Part shown: in pieces, positions 16,200 to 25,318 of the stretch
How positions within the stretch are numbered: the first letter of the stretch is position 1
Layout: each line of letters begins with the position of its first letter
UHGV virus genome: UHGV-1142857
Source of the DNA: a virus
Reading direction: 5' to 3' (one strand)
Length of the DNA: 34,461 nucleotides
Translations under genes and position numbers: made by a program
The notes under the pieces: generated by a model
Databases searched by the model: none
What the model was told of the DNA's origin: nothing
The model's input: the letters and a program-made list of their open reading frames with translations, nothing else

Positions 16200-16592
16200 T
16201 TAACTCCCCCTTACATAAAATTTGACCCTAAGGCTTGAGCCATAGAGCCACTCTTTGTTTTCTTCGCGCCCCAAATATGATGGGGCGCCCAGCGTTGATA
16301 TGTCCGTGATTTGAAAGTTTTCCGCCGCCGGGTATTCCTTTCGCATAGATAATCCCGTGTGAATCGCGCCCAGCCCATCCAATACGGTTTTCTGGTCGCT
16401 GTGCTTCCCATTCAAAACCGCCGTCATTTCCACTGCCGCGAGCTTATTAAAAAAGGGATTATATGCCGAGGATGCCCACGCAACCGAAATTCCGTCGTCC
16501 GGCGGCATCGCCCCGATGATAACGGGAGCATATGGGTTCATGCTGTTCATCAGGTCAATCACTGCCTGCAAAACATCTGTATAAACGCTCAT
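16200..16592 (-). CDS. tail terminator / tail completion protein
   Basis: 130 aa; by synteny immediately upstream of the major tail protein. Confidence 0.4.
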   Translation of the reverse strand: MSVYTDVLQAVIDLMNSMNPYAPVIIGAMPPDDGISVAWASSAYNPFFNKLAAVEMTAVLNGKHSDQKTVLDGLGAIHTGLSMRKEYPAAENFQITDISTLGAPSYLGREENKEWLYGSSLRVKFYVRGS

Positions 16593-16942
16593 TTCTTCGA
16601 CATCATCCCCTTTGTAAAAGCGTTCTGCGCGATCTGGTCAAGCTCTTTCTTATATGTCTTTACGCCTTTTTCGGCCCACATGAGTGATGCTTGCGGGTTT
16701 TTATCCTTGGAGGGCTGCCCGGTATAGTAAACCTTTTTTGCATAAGGTGTGTCCCATACGGCCACACCATCCCGCGGCCTGCTCTTTATCAGCGTGCTGT
16801 CCTTAAGCGTCCCCTGATCTTCACGCACAAAAATATTGCCGTATTCCACGACTGCTTCGGTTACGGCAATGGTGGCAAGTTCTGTTCCCGCCTCGATTTT
16901 CGCGCGAATCTGAGGCATATTTCGCGTGATTTTGATTGCCAT
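16589..16942 (-). CDS. HK97 gp10-family head-tail joining protein
   Basis: 117 aa, MAIKITRNMPQIRAKIEAGTELATIAVTEAVVEYGN, typical gp10-family length and position. Confidence 0.5.
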   Translation of the reverse strand: MAIKITRNMPQIRAKIEAGTELATIAVTEAVVEYGNIFVREDQGTLKDSTLIKSRPRDGVAVWDTPYAKKVYYTGQPSKDKNPQASLMWAEKGVKTYKKELDQIAQNAFTKGMMSKK

Positions 16943-17325
16943 TATACAAGCCCCAGCTCGATATGATGCACGCGAACCGCCGGATAGTCCGGCACGGGGT
17001 CAACCGTCAGCACCTCATAATCACCATACCTTTGTCCTTTCCGGTTATATATCTCGCAGCGCAGTGGTTTACCGGCCTTTTGTGACTGCTCTGCCAAGCT
17101 GTCATAATCCAGCACCGGGCGGGACAGTTTCCCATCAATAAAAAGCACCGAGCGCAATACAACCTCGGTGTTTTCCTTTGTTTTTTTGACTTCGTTTGTG
17201 TTTTGCAGATGAACGTTTTTTACCGTGTAGGTTTCCCATTTCGGCTTCTGCCACGCATCCATTCCCGTGCAGACCTTTATGTCCGCTATATCCCCCAAAA
17301 TGGATTTAGGTATCGGTCTGAGCAT
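16942..17325 (-). CDS. head closure / minor capsid protein (head-tail adaptor)
   Basis: 127 aa; synteny. Confidence 0.4.
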   Translation of the reverse strand: MLRPIPKSILGDIADIKVCTGMDAWQKPKWETYTVKNVHLQNTNEVKKTKENTEVVLRSVLFIDGKLSRPVLDYDSLAEQSQKAGKPLRCEIYNRKGQRYGDYEVLTVDPVPDYPAVRVHHIELGLV

Positions 17326-17717
17326 ACATGCACCCCCCTGAACATCAGGCCCGTTTGTTCCAGCAATGATTTTGCCAGCGGGCTTATCATAAGCTGCGCG
17401 CCCGTCATATTCCCGCCGGAAGAACCGCCGCCGGAGACAGAAACCTTTCCAACGGTAAAGGATTGCCCGGTCTGCCCGGTCAATACTGTTTCCATGCCCA
17501 GCTCCGAGTAATATAGCACCTGCGCCGCCGCGGCCTTTTTCACAAGTTCCTGCACCCAGGGGGCAAGGGCGGCAATGCCCCCGCCCCGCGGGATTCGGAA
17601 TTGCGTGATCGTATCGATCTGGTCAGACGCAAGACCGGCGTACACGGGAAATTCCTCCTCGGTTATGATGGGCGTTCCATAAATTGCAACATATTCATCA
17701 TAGGTTATGTACGCCAT
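17286..17717 (-). CDS. gp6-like head-tail connector protein
   Basis: 143 aa beginning MAYITYDEYVAIYGTPIITEEEF, matching the usual N-terminal motif of Phage_connect_1 proteins. Directly downstream of the capsid gene. Confidence 0.55.
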   Translation of the reverse strand: MAYITYDEYVAIYGTPIITEEEFPVYAGLASDQIDTITQFRIPRGGGIAALAPWVQELVKKAAAAQVLYYSELGMETVLTGQTGQSFTVGKVSVSGGGSSGGNMTGAQLMISPLAKSLLEQTGLMFRGVHVCSDRYLNPFWGI

Positions 17718-17728
17718 CGCATCTTCCC

Positions 17729-18919
17729 TCAGGCGCCGACAACAGCCGTTGCAGAACCGGCGGCAGTTGCAATATTGCCCTTTGTCGAGTTAACAAGCGC
17801 CACGGTAATCACCTGCGAAGCCGCCGTAGTGAAGGAATCGCCGTTCTGCACGGGCGTCCATCCGGAGGTCAATGCTTCGCCGTAATCCGGCAGATCCGCC
17901 GCTGCCGCAGATTTGGCCACATAGGCCATGCCATACGGCGCAGGAGCCAAACCGTTGATGATAGTATGGGTCGTATCTGCGCCCGCGCTGGTAGTGAATG
18001 TAATCGTGCCCAGCGTCGGCAAGGACGCAATATTGGCAAAAATACCGGGGAGGCGCTGATTCAATGCGAACACATCGTAGTAATACCGCTCATAATAGAG
18101 CCACTTGCCTTTTGTGGCCGCCGTGGGCGACGACATCATAGACGTTTCATATACCACGGGAGCGGCAATAGCCAGCGGATCAAACATCAGTAGATTGATC
18201 TGCTTTGCGCCGGTGCCAGCCGTCCAGCCCAGAGTAAAGTCATAGTCCGACAGCATCATATCGGAAGGAACCTCCTGGATGACAACGCCGTCCAGCTTGC
18301 CCACATTCCGGTCAATGTTCCGGATGCCCGTATCCGCTTCAACAAACCGGGTAATTCCCGCCGCTTCCTTCAACAGCTTATACGCATCCGGGGTCATCTT
18401 TGCCCGGATACGGTCGCGGGGCACGCGCTGGTTCACCATATAGGCAAGGTAAGTATCCCAGGTGGCCAGGATATTGTCCGCCGTAAGCGCCGTTGCGTCT
18501 ACCGACCCAAAATCAGAGGCAGCCAATGCCAGCTTAGAGGCCGCATAAGCGTCCATTTCCGGCACTTTCTGGAACTCGTTAAAGGTCTTTGTGATGTTTG
18601 CAATGTTAACAATCGGGTCCTCCCGCATGTCCATGGGGTCGACAAGCGTATCCCATTCCCTGTCCATGCGCATAGTCAAAACCTGCTGTTTGGTGTTGAA
18701 ATTCCGTGTGAAAACACCCGTAATCTGGTCGCGGTCTACAGCTCTCGCCCCGCTGACTTCCATGCTCTGAACGGCCACAGCGTTGCCGGAAATGGGCTTA
18801 TATGTGGCACTGTTCGGGCTGCCGTACAAGTCGGAAAAATACGACCAATACGGATAAGCATTAGCCATCGCTTTGCTATACTCGGTTGCATAGTTTAAAT
18901 CTAGTTGTGTAAAAGCCAT
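17729..18919 (-). CDS. major capsid protein (HK97-fold type)
   Basis: 396 aa following the scaffold gene; size and position. Confidence 0.7.
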   Translation of the reverse strand: MAFTQLDLNYATEYSKAMANAYPYWSYFSDLYGSPNSATYKPISGNAVAVQSMEVSGARAVDRDQITGVFTRNFNTKQQVLTMRMDREWDTLVDPMDMREDPIVNIANITKTFNEFQKVPEMDAYAASKLALAASDFGSVDATALTADNILATWDTYLAYMVNQRVPRDRIRAKMTPDAYKLLKEAAGITRFVEADTGIRNIDRNVGKLDGVVIQEVPSDMMLSDYDFTLGWTAGTGAKQINLLMFDPLAIAAPVVYETSMMSSPTAATKGKWLYYERYYYDVFALNQRLPGIFANIASLPTLGTITFTTSAGADTTHTIINGLAPAPYGMAYVAKSAAAADLPDYGEALTSGWTPVQNGDSFTTAASQVITVALVNSTKGNIATAAGSATAVVGA

Positions 18920-18933
18920 TTTTATTCATCCTT

Positions 18934-19422
18934 TCATTTTTTGCTTAGTCCCCACACGTCCTCAAAACTTGTGGGCTTTTGCCCACTGGGCATCTGCCCT
19001 TTGACTTGTGCGCCAAATTGCGGGCCTGTTGATGCGGACGGCGGGGTCTGCGTGTCAAAATATTCTTCGTACTGTTCCCGGATCGCGTCGAGCTGGTCCG
19101 CAGCGGGTTTCCCTTCTTCCAGGAGGGAATAGACGCTGTCAAGAAACTTCTCTTTCACTCCGCTCTTTTTCAGTTCTGCGGATACCTCGATTTTTTTCTT
19201 GTAGTTCTCATAGTCCTGCTGCAACGCCTTATAGTCGTCGCTCTCCTTAATGTTCGGTGCGGGAGCGTTTTTCTTCGCATCCGCTACTGCTGCGTCAATC
19301 TGCGTCTGTACGTCTGCTTTGGGAACAAAGTCCGCCATGCTGGTACCATGCAGGGCCATCACCTTTTCCACTTGTTCTTCCGTAAGACCATATGACGACA
19401 GCGATCTTCTTGTAAATGCCAT
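18934..19422 (-). CDS. scaffolding protein (Phage_GP20-like)
   Basis: 162 aa, coiled-coil rich (..DYKALQQDYENYKKKIEVSAELKK..), immediately upstream of the capsid gene. Confidence 0.6.
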   Translation of the reverse strand: MAFTRRSLSSYGLTEEQVEKVMALHGTSMADFVPKADVQTQIDAAVADAKKNAPAPNIKESDDYKALQQDYENYKKKIEVSAELKKSGVKEKFLDSVYSLLEEGKPAADQLDAIREQYEEYFDTQTPPSASTGPQFGAQVKGQMPSGQKPTSFEDVWGLSKK

Positions 19423-19508
19423 AAACTATACATCCTTTCCTTTAACGCCCAAGAACGACGGGCGGATTGCAGCGCAGTTTAACGCCATACTGCGGGGGCG
19501 AAATAGGT

Positions 19509-19543
19509 ATAAAAAAAGCACCCTGCAAAACAAGATGCTTTTT
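19509..19543 (-). terminator. rho-independent terminator (minus: A-tract, AGCAUC-uuguuuugcag-GGUGCU, U7)
   Basis: 6-bp stem with one G-U pair followed by TTTTTTT on the minus strand, directly after the stop of the 39-aa ORF. Confidence 0.55.
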
Positions 19544-19663
19544 TCAGCGTATTGCCTTTTTTCTCCGGCTGAAGCAGAATGCCCGGCCAAAGATGTTGAT
19601 TTGCAGCCATGCTTCTGCATAGCGAACACCGTTTTCGGTATATAAGGTAATGTAGTGGTGCAT
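19544..19663 (-). CDS. 39-aa basic/hydrophobic peptide (MHHYITLYTENGVRYAEAWLQINIFGRAFCFSRRKKAIR) with double Shine-Dalgarno
   Basis: ATG 6 nt after GGAGGAAAGGAGGA. Its stop abuts the terminator. Not in the ORF track (under 60 aa). Confidence 0.35.
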   Translation of the reverse strand: MHHYITLYTENGVRYAEAWLQINIFGRAFCFSRRKKAIR

Positions 19664-19730
19664 ACCAGTCCTCCTTTCCTCCTTCATCGCCATCTTCCTA
19701 TCTTATTCCAATAGCAGTTTCAAATTTTTA

Positions 19731-20192
19731 TCAATCATCGTCATATTCCATTTCCGGTTTTTTGCCACCCCTCATTCCGCCCTGCATCTGGGCGATCTTG
19801 TAGTCGGCTTCCTTGTTCCAGTAATACTCATATTCCTGCAATTTGTTCTGGACGCTGGCAGGCACTTCTTTTTCCGCCGCCTGCATCATTCCGGAAATGC
19901 TGCGCATAATCTCCCGGGCAGTGCCAAACGTTTCCTTGCAGTCACGCGGCTGAATATTCAGCAGTTCATTTCCGAACGATAAAACCGCGTCTTTGATGCC
20001 CGGTTCCTCGTAGCCCAGCGCCATGCCAACCTCTGTCAGATCGTCGCACTGGTCGGAAATCTGCTCGCCCCATTCGTCCAGTTCTTCATGGTTTTCAAAC
20101 CACGCATTGTCACCCGAGAGATGCCGGTGCAGCGTCCCGAAATTGTGGATTTGGATTTTTAAAAACATAATCAACCGTTGAAATTCATTCAT
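19731..20192 (-). CDS. Dps-like (ferritin-like, DNA protection during starvation family) protein
   Basis: 153 aa. LKIQIHNFGTLHRHLSGDNAWFENHEELDEWGEQISDQCDDLTEV aligns with the Dps helix A/B ferroxidase region (KIHQIHW...FFTLHEKMDDLYSEFGEQMDEVAE): His in IHNF, His in NHEEL, and an Asp-x3-Glu pair in DDLTE are conserved. Confidence 0.5.
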   Translation of the reverse strand: MNEFQRLIMFLKIQIHNFGTLHRHLSGDNAWFENHEELDEWGEQISDQCDDLTEVGMALGYEEPGIKDAVLSFGNELLNIQPRDCKETFGTAREIMRSISGMMQAAEKEVPASVQNKLQEYEYYWNKEADYKIAQMQGGMRGGKKPEMEYDDD

Positions 20193-20340
20193 CTTTAGTC
20201 ACCTTCTTTTTAGGCTGGCGCTTTGGTTTTTCTTCTTGGCTTAGCTGCTTAGCGTATTCTGACGCGCTTATATGCAGCCCGCATTTTGTGCAATGCACAC
20301 CATCAGACTTTCCAATAAACACATGTTTGCATTCTGGCAT
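20185..20340 (-). CDS. 51-aa zinc-ribbon-like, Lys-rich small protein (MPECKHVFIGKSDGVHCTKCG...)
   Basis: ATG after AGAAAGAGGTGA; C-x-H...C-x2-C. Its stop overlaps the ATG of the Dps-like gene. Not in the ORF track. Confidence 0.35.
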   Translation of the reverse strand: MPECKHVFIGKSDGVHCTKCGLHISASEYAKQLSQEEKPKRQPKKKVTKDE

Positions 20341-20355
20341 AGTATCACCTCTTTC

Positions 20356-20559
20356 TTAATAGACATTGGATGCCGCTATAATTTCCCGTGTAATTATTAT
20401 TTGGGGATCGTCTAAGGAAGGAAATGTAATGTTGATGCTTATATCATAAAGGCACGACAAGCGCCCACCCACAATTTCATCTTTGCGCATACATAATTCG
20501 CGCATCATTGCATTGTACTTGTCATTCATCACTTCTTCCGGGGATTTATTTTTATCCAT
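20356..20559 (-). CDS. hypothetical 67-aa protein, AT-rich insert
   Basis: Start at MDKNKSPEEVMNDKYNAMMRELCMRKDEIVGG. GC is much lower than flanking late genes. Preceded by a terminator. Confidence 0.4.
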   Translation of the reverse strand: MDKNKSPEEVMNDKYNAMMRELCMRKDEIVGGRLSCLYDISINITFPSLDDPQIIITREIIAASNVY

Positions 20560-20586
20560 TGTCTCACCTCTTTCTAAAAATGGGAA

Positions 20587-20620
20587 CGAAAAAACCACTC
20601 TGCCGATTTCGAGTGGTTTT
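20587..20620 (-). terminator. rho-independent terminator (AACCACTC-loop-GAGTGGTT then UUUUUCGUU on minus)
   Basis: 8-bp stem. Located right after the stop of the 53-aa ORF. Confidence 0.7.
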
Positions 20621-20625
20621 ATGGG

Positions 20626-20787
20626 TTATTCCTCAACAATTTGAAATTTCTCCGGAGGGTAAAGGTAATCTTCCCCGGAATCGTCCTGTATCCGATACCA
20701 GCCGCGTTCAATGCCAAGAACCTCATATATCCTGTTTTTTGTCAGCGTGAGAAACGAGGTTTCCCCCGTCCATTTAACTTTCATCAT
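20626..20787 (-). CDS. 53-aa protein overlapping the 3' end of the MuF gene; candidate cognate or immunity-type partner
   Basis: ATGATG start inside the last four codons of 20774..22345 in the +1 frame. MMKVKWTGETSFLTLTKNRIYEVLGIERGWYRIQDDSGEDYLYPPEKFQIVEE is non-repetitive and protein-like. Followed directly by a terminator. Confidence 0.4.
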   Translation of the reverse strand: MMKVKWTGETSFLTLTKNRIYEVLGIERGWYRIQDDSGEDYLYPPEKFQIVEE

Positions 20788-22345
20788 CCCACCTCTTTAT
20801 CTTGAATTTCACGCGGCCCACTGTCTCTTCTTCAAACCAGTGGACTTCGGCCGCCCGTTCTTCTCCGTAATACTCGACAATTCCGTGCCCTTTCATGTGG
20901 CGCCAGTTTTCCGGCTTCCCGCCTAACTGTTCGGACAGCCCTTCCGCAACGCCTTCATGCAGCGGATGTTTTGTCCCTTTGCCCGCAAAGGCATGAACAT
21001 CCCGGATGCGCGTGCCTTCGGCAAACCGGAATATCTCTCCCGTATCCGGCTCCAAAATTTCATAGTTTGCCGCCTTCGCCCCTACACTCCGCCCGATCTG
21101 GATTTCCCGCTTGGAAAGAGCTGAACGAGAACGCCCGGATACATCTTTATTATACTCGAAAACCTGCGTCCGATCAAGCCGTTTTGTGCGCCCCGTGCGC
21201 TTGCAGAAAGCATTATATTCCGCCTGTTTCTGCTTGATTTTTGCCGCTTCATTGGAAAATCCTTCTTTATCCCCGGCGGCGTCCAACATAGCCGCCTTCT
21301 GTTTGGCATACCGGATTTCTCTCTCCAGTCTCCGCTGTTCCTGGGATTCAGCATAAGCCTTGTCGTTCTCTTCCTTATTCTGTTCGGCGCGGTCCCTGGG
21401 GATGGATACCCCTGGAATCATTGTAATGGGATGATGCCCGCAGTTGATGCCGAAAAGGCCCGCCGGTTCTCCGTAGCTTGTGGAGGATATCGGCCTGTAT
21501 CGATGCCGCTTCCCTTCGCCGTCGGTAAAGGTTCCGCTGGTATTATTCCATGAGAAATATTTTCCCTGGTACGGATAACATAGAGGGCGCGCTCCGCTAT
21601 GCCGGGACACCCGGAATATTTCCACACCATAATCTTCCTGCCGCAGTTTGACCGCCTCGACCGCTGTATTGTGGACAGTCGTGCGGATGTCCATATTCAC
21701 ATACGCTTCGGGCGACCACTTTCGCCCGGCCTTATCATAAAAGCCCGTGATCCCCTCTTTATGAATCTGCCCCAGGGCTTTCCGCAGGGCCTCGCTGCGG
21801 CTTGCGGCGCCTGTAGCCACTTCGCCCGCCGCCAGATTTAGGGCCTCCTGCGTTCTCTGCATTTGGCTCTCTATGTTGATCGTGTTTACAACAAGTTTCC
21901 GATACTGCGCCAGAGTGCTTTCCAGCATGGTTGTATTTACCAGGTTGAGCTTACTTAACGCCTGTTCTTCGTATGCCGTCAAAGCCTGCACAATGCTTCT
22001 GCTCGCCAGAACCTCGGATGCTTCGGGGGCTGAAATGGCGCCGCGGGAAACGCCCTTTTTCAGCTCTGGTTCCACGTCTGCCAGCGCTCCGGCAGCGGCG
22101 CCTTCCAACGCTTCCCGGATCAGCTCCGGGTTTTGTCCGGTAAGCTCCGCGATGATGTCTATGCTTTCTTCTGTAAGCTGTCCCATCTCTGCCAGCTTCC
22201 AGATTTCCCATTGCTGGGAGGACAGCTTTTCGCCGCCCTCCAGATGCTTTGCAATATTGACAAGCAGCGCATCCACGATGTTGCTGTATACCTGCTCAAT
22301 GGGTTCGGACAGCTTCAAAATGTCCGATGGTGTAAGCCTTGCCAT
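20774..22345 (-). CDS. MuF / SPP1 gp7-like minor head (head morphogenesis) protein with a C-terminal extension of about 130 aa
   Basis: 523 aa. Core Mu F-like motifs RPLCYPYQGKYFSW ... GINCGHHPITMIPGVSIP, then a coiled-coil linker and a His-rich C-terminal domain (KGTKHPLHEGVAEGLSEQLGGKPENWRHMKGHGIVEYYGEERAAEVHWFEEETVGRVKFKIKRW). Directly after the portal. Confidence 0.75.
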   Translation of the reverse strand: MARLTPSDILKLSEPIEQVYSNIVDALLVNIAKHLEGGEKLSSQQWEIWKLAEMGQLTEESIDIIAELTGQNPELIREALEGAAAGALADVEPELKKGVSRGAISAPEASEVLASRSIVQALTAYEEQALSKLNLVNTTMLESTLAQYRKLVVNTINIESQMQRTQEALNLAAGEVATGAASRSEALRKALGQIHKEGITGFYDKAGRKWSPEAYVNMDIRTTVHNTAVEAVKLRQEDYGVEIFRVSRHSGARPLCYPYQGKYFSWNNTSGTFTDGEGKRHRYRPISSTSYGEPAGLFGINCGHHPITMIPGVSIPRDRAEQNKEENDKAYAESQEQRRLEREIRYAKQKAAMLDAAGDKEGFSNEAAKIKQKQAEYNAFCKRTGRTKRLDRTQVFEYNKDVSGRSRSALSKREIQIGRSVGAKAANYEILEPDTGEIFRFAEGTRIRDVHAFAGKGTKHPLHEGVAEGLSEQLGGKPENWRHMKGHGIVEYYGEERAAEVHWFEEETVGRVKFKIKRWDDES

Positions 22346-24018
22346 TAGCTTTCATCCTCTGCCGCTTCTTCCTCTTCTTCCCTGGCTTCGGGTTCTGCGT
22401 TGGGATCCATTCCGCCCTCTATGGCGTTGTTTTCCATCATGTCAAAAGCTGAAACTGTAACCTGGCTTTCCTTGGCGATCTCTTGCAGTTCCGCCGCCGC
22501 CTCGTCCTCCGTGTATCCCAGCTTGTCCACCATGAATTTTTTCTTGCTCATCAGGCCATTTGTCACCAGCAAAATGCCCTCGTTTACATTCGTCTGCCGA
22601 TCCTGCAAAATAGAATCATCGAAAACGACCTTCGTTTCCCATCCCTGCTCTGCAAGCCTCCGTATGCTGTAGCCATCCCACTGCATATCATAAAGGCTTG
22701 CCACCTGGATGATGCCGTCGATGATCTTTGCAATCGCCATCTTTACCTGCAACTGCTGGGCTTTGATGGTCTTGTAGGTCTTGGAATTTTCGCTTATCAC
22801 CTCGGTTGCGGTCTTTAATCCCTGCGCCCGGTCAAAGGTGAATGTCCCAGCGGAAAAACCAACCTGCAAGCATAGAGTGGATAAAAACGCGTTGATTGCC
22901 GCCTCATGTTCGTCCACACGCAGCTCAACGGAATTATCCTGTATTTTAAGTGCGTCCGTGTTGTCGGTATTTAGTGCCTCATACGCCTCATTCGTGGCGT
23001 CAAAATACCGCCGCATTTCTCCCGTTACAGGATCAACCACCGTCTCTATACATTGCGCAGGAACGATGATTCTCTTTTTCCCAAGACGGAACTCCCGGAT
23101 GAAGCTGTCATAACAGATGTCTAGGGCTTTCAGCGTCGAAAGGGCATTGGCATAAATGCTCACGCCCAACGGGCTATTGTCGTCAATGTTGTTTGCTACT
23201 GCCGTCCGGTAATAAGCAAAAAGAGATGTTGTAAGGCCCTGTAATTCTGTCTGCGGGTTCAGGAAGGGATATACTTCTTCCAGCGGATACCGGAATCCCA
23301 AAATATCCTGGGATTCAATTTGACCCGTACCCCGCTCTTTCATCTCGGACCGGAAAAGCTCGTTGCTGATCCAGTATGTAAGGCCATCCCATTTGTGCCA
23401 TTCCAGGCGCGTATAATAGTATCCGTCTTTTGCTTCGCGGCTTATGAACACACCGTCCGTCACCTGCGCATTATCCCACGCCGTAGGAACAAACTGATCC
23501 GCCATGCAGAACCCCAGCCGGATGCCGCCCGTCCCGGGAATAATATTCCCTTCGCTGTCGCGCCGTTCTTCATACCAGGTCTTGATCGCTCCGCCGCCCA
23601 GCGCGAGTACCTGTTCGATATGTTCCTGCATTTTGGTCCAGAATCCATTCTTGACCAGCACATCATGGACGAACTCTTCCAACGGCTGAAATTCGTCCTC
23701 TCCCTGGGAAACATGCACCTCGCACTGCTCCGACCACACAAGCCCCGCCAGCTCGGCACTGATCGCCTTTGGGATATCCATCCGGTCCATATCGCGTTTG
23801 GCGCGCGGGTTTTCAATCGTGGGCGCAAGAATGCGGTGCCACGGAGAATAAAACCCCTTATATAGATACTTCCATATAAAAATCCCAAAATAATAAAACT
23901 GATTGAAGGACGGAACCCCGCCCAGCTCAAATATGTCTTTAAATTCTTTGGAAAGCCCTGTTTCTGCCCCTGCTCTCTGCATCCAGCTTTTCACCTTCTC
24001 TCGGATTTTTTCCAGCAT
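22345..24018 (-). CDS. portal protein (SPP1 gp6-type)
   Basis: 557 aa following the terminase large subunit. Acidic C-terminal tail EAREEEEEAAEDES is typical of SPP1-family portals. Confidence 0.8.
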   Translation of the reverse strand: MLEKIREKVKSWMQRAGAETGLSKEFKDIFELGGVPSFNQFYYFGIFIWKYLYKGFYSPWHRILAPTIENPRAKRDMDRMDIPKAISAELAGLVWSEQCEVHVSQGEDEFQPLEEFVHDVLVKNGFWTKMQEHIEQVLALGGGAIKTWYEERRDSEGNIIPGTGGIRLGFCMADQFVPTAWDNAQVTDGVFISREAKDGYYYTRLEWHKWDGLTYWISNELFRSEMKERGTGQIESQDILGFRYPLEEVYPFLNPQTELQGLTTSLFAYYRTAVANNIDDNSPLGVSIYANALSTLKALDICYDSFIREFRLGKKRIIVPAQCIETVVDPVTGEMRRYFDATNEAYEALNTDNTDALKIQDNSVELRVDEHEAAINAFLSTLCLQVGFSAGTFTFDRAQGLKTATEVISENSKTYKTIKAQQLQVKMAIAKIIDGIIQVASLYDMQWDGYSIRRLAEQGWETKVVFDDSILQDRQTNVNEGILLVTNGLMSKKKFMVDKLGYTEDEAAAELQEIAKESQVTVSAFDMMENNAIEGGMDPNAEPEAREEEEEAAEDES

Positions 24019-24031
24019 TTTTTCACCATCC

Positions 24032-25318
24032 CTATATCCGCAGCATTTGCCGCATATATGGTTCCACCGCGTACTCCTGCGCGTCTAAACTGTCCACGTT
24101 GTATGTCCCGTCATCCAGGCGCACATCTTCCGTGATGTGCTTTGCGTCCCACACTGCCGTTTGAAACGCTTCCAGCGTGTGTCTGCATCCTGCCAGAATC
24201 TTGTGCCGCCCCTGGGCCTGCATCCGGCAGAAAAACCGAATCCGCTCGTTGATCTCGCCTTTTCGTGCGTTTCTTATACTCAGACCCACCCCGGCACGAG
24301 CACACGCCGTGCGCAGCCCCTGGATCAGTGTTTGTTCCGCGCTGTCACAATACACCCCGGCGATTGTGCAGATGCTCATGCACTCTCTGGCAAATGAAAT
24401 AAAATCCCGCTCAAGCTCGGCGGGTGACATGATTCCCTTTTTATAGTACTCATTCAGTGTGACGATTTCTTGCAGCCCTTGCGTGAATCCCGTGCAGTTA
24501 AACGCCGTTGCAGAACCGTTGCCGCCAAAGTCAACGCCGATTGTTGCAAACATCACGGGCGGCGGAGACTGCACTACATAGCTTTGTGGATGATCCACAA
24601 GACTTGTGTATATGGCCCCTTCAGCCACACACCGCTCCCCCAGAATGTCCCTTCGATACCATACGGAACCCGGTATGTATTGCAGCTCGATTTCCCTCAG
24701 CCGCTTTTCCGTGATCGTGCTGTTATCCCGAATTGTGAAGTGCTGATAGTTGTACTGTTCTCCAAGCTGCGTGGAAAACAGGTCGATATATTTTTCATAT
24801 ATCGGATGATTGGGCGCGCTTGGGTTCAAGTCCCAGAACACCCGCCGCACCTTTGCGGCGAGTTGGCGGTTGAACGCCTCCTTGATCGTATCCTCATGGT
24901 GCAGGTTTATTTCCGTAGCAATCCACATGCCATAGGAGTTCCCGCGAATCTTTTTAAAGCTGTCGGCCTTTGCCGCTCCCGCGAAAATCACAACGTATTC
25001 TTTTTTATGGGACGTAATGACCAGTGCTTCATTTCCACGGTATTTTGTCCACCGACACCTGCCGCGGAATATATGCTCAAGGCCCAGGCCGTTGCTGTCC
25101 CCGATGTTGAGCTTCGCATTCGCCGCCGTGCTTCCCGTGGCAAGATGTATGCGATCCGGCACCCCTTTGTCAATCATGTAAGCAAATGCCGCAATATTGT
25201 CCACTGTCTTGCCCGCTCTTACGGCTCCTTCGGCAACGGATATCGTGGCCCGTATCGCCCGGCGGATGTATGCCTGGTGCTTCTCACCAAACGCCGGGTT
25301 AATTCTCTGCGTTTTCAT
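24032..25318 (-). CDS. terL: terminase large subunit
   Basis: 428 aa. Walker A-like EGAVRAGKT near the N-terminus. C-terminal nuclease-type acidic residues. Upstream of the portal. Confidence 0.88.
   Translation of the reverse strand: MKTQRINPAFGEKHQAYIRRAIRATISVAEGAVRAGKTVDNIAAFAYMIDKGVPDRIHLATGSTAANAKLNIGDSNGLGLEHIFRGRCRWTKYRGNEALVITSHKKEYVVIFAGAAKADSFKKIRGNSYGMWIATEINLHHEDTIKEAFNRQLAAKVRRVFWDLNPSAPNHPIYEKYIDLFSTQLGEQYNYQHFTIRDNSTITEKRLREIELQYIPGSVWYRRDILGERCVAEGAIYTSLVDHPQSYVVQSPPPVMFATIGVDFGGNGSATAFNCTGFTQGLQEIVTLNEYYKKGIMSPAELERDFISFARECMSICTIAGVYCDSAEQTLIQGLRTACARAGVGLSIRNARKGEINERIRFFCRMQAQGRHKILAGCRHTLEAFQTAVWDAKHITEDVRLDDGTYNVDSLDAQEYAVEPYMRQMLRI

Noticed and set aside
19250-19645. 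131-aa plus-strand ORF ending in a Cys-containing peptide
   Set aside because: Opposite strand to the late operon; overlaps the scaffold gene antisense; no RBS.
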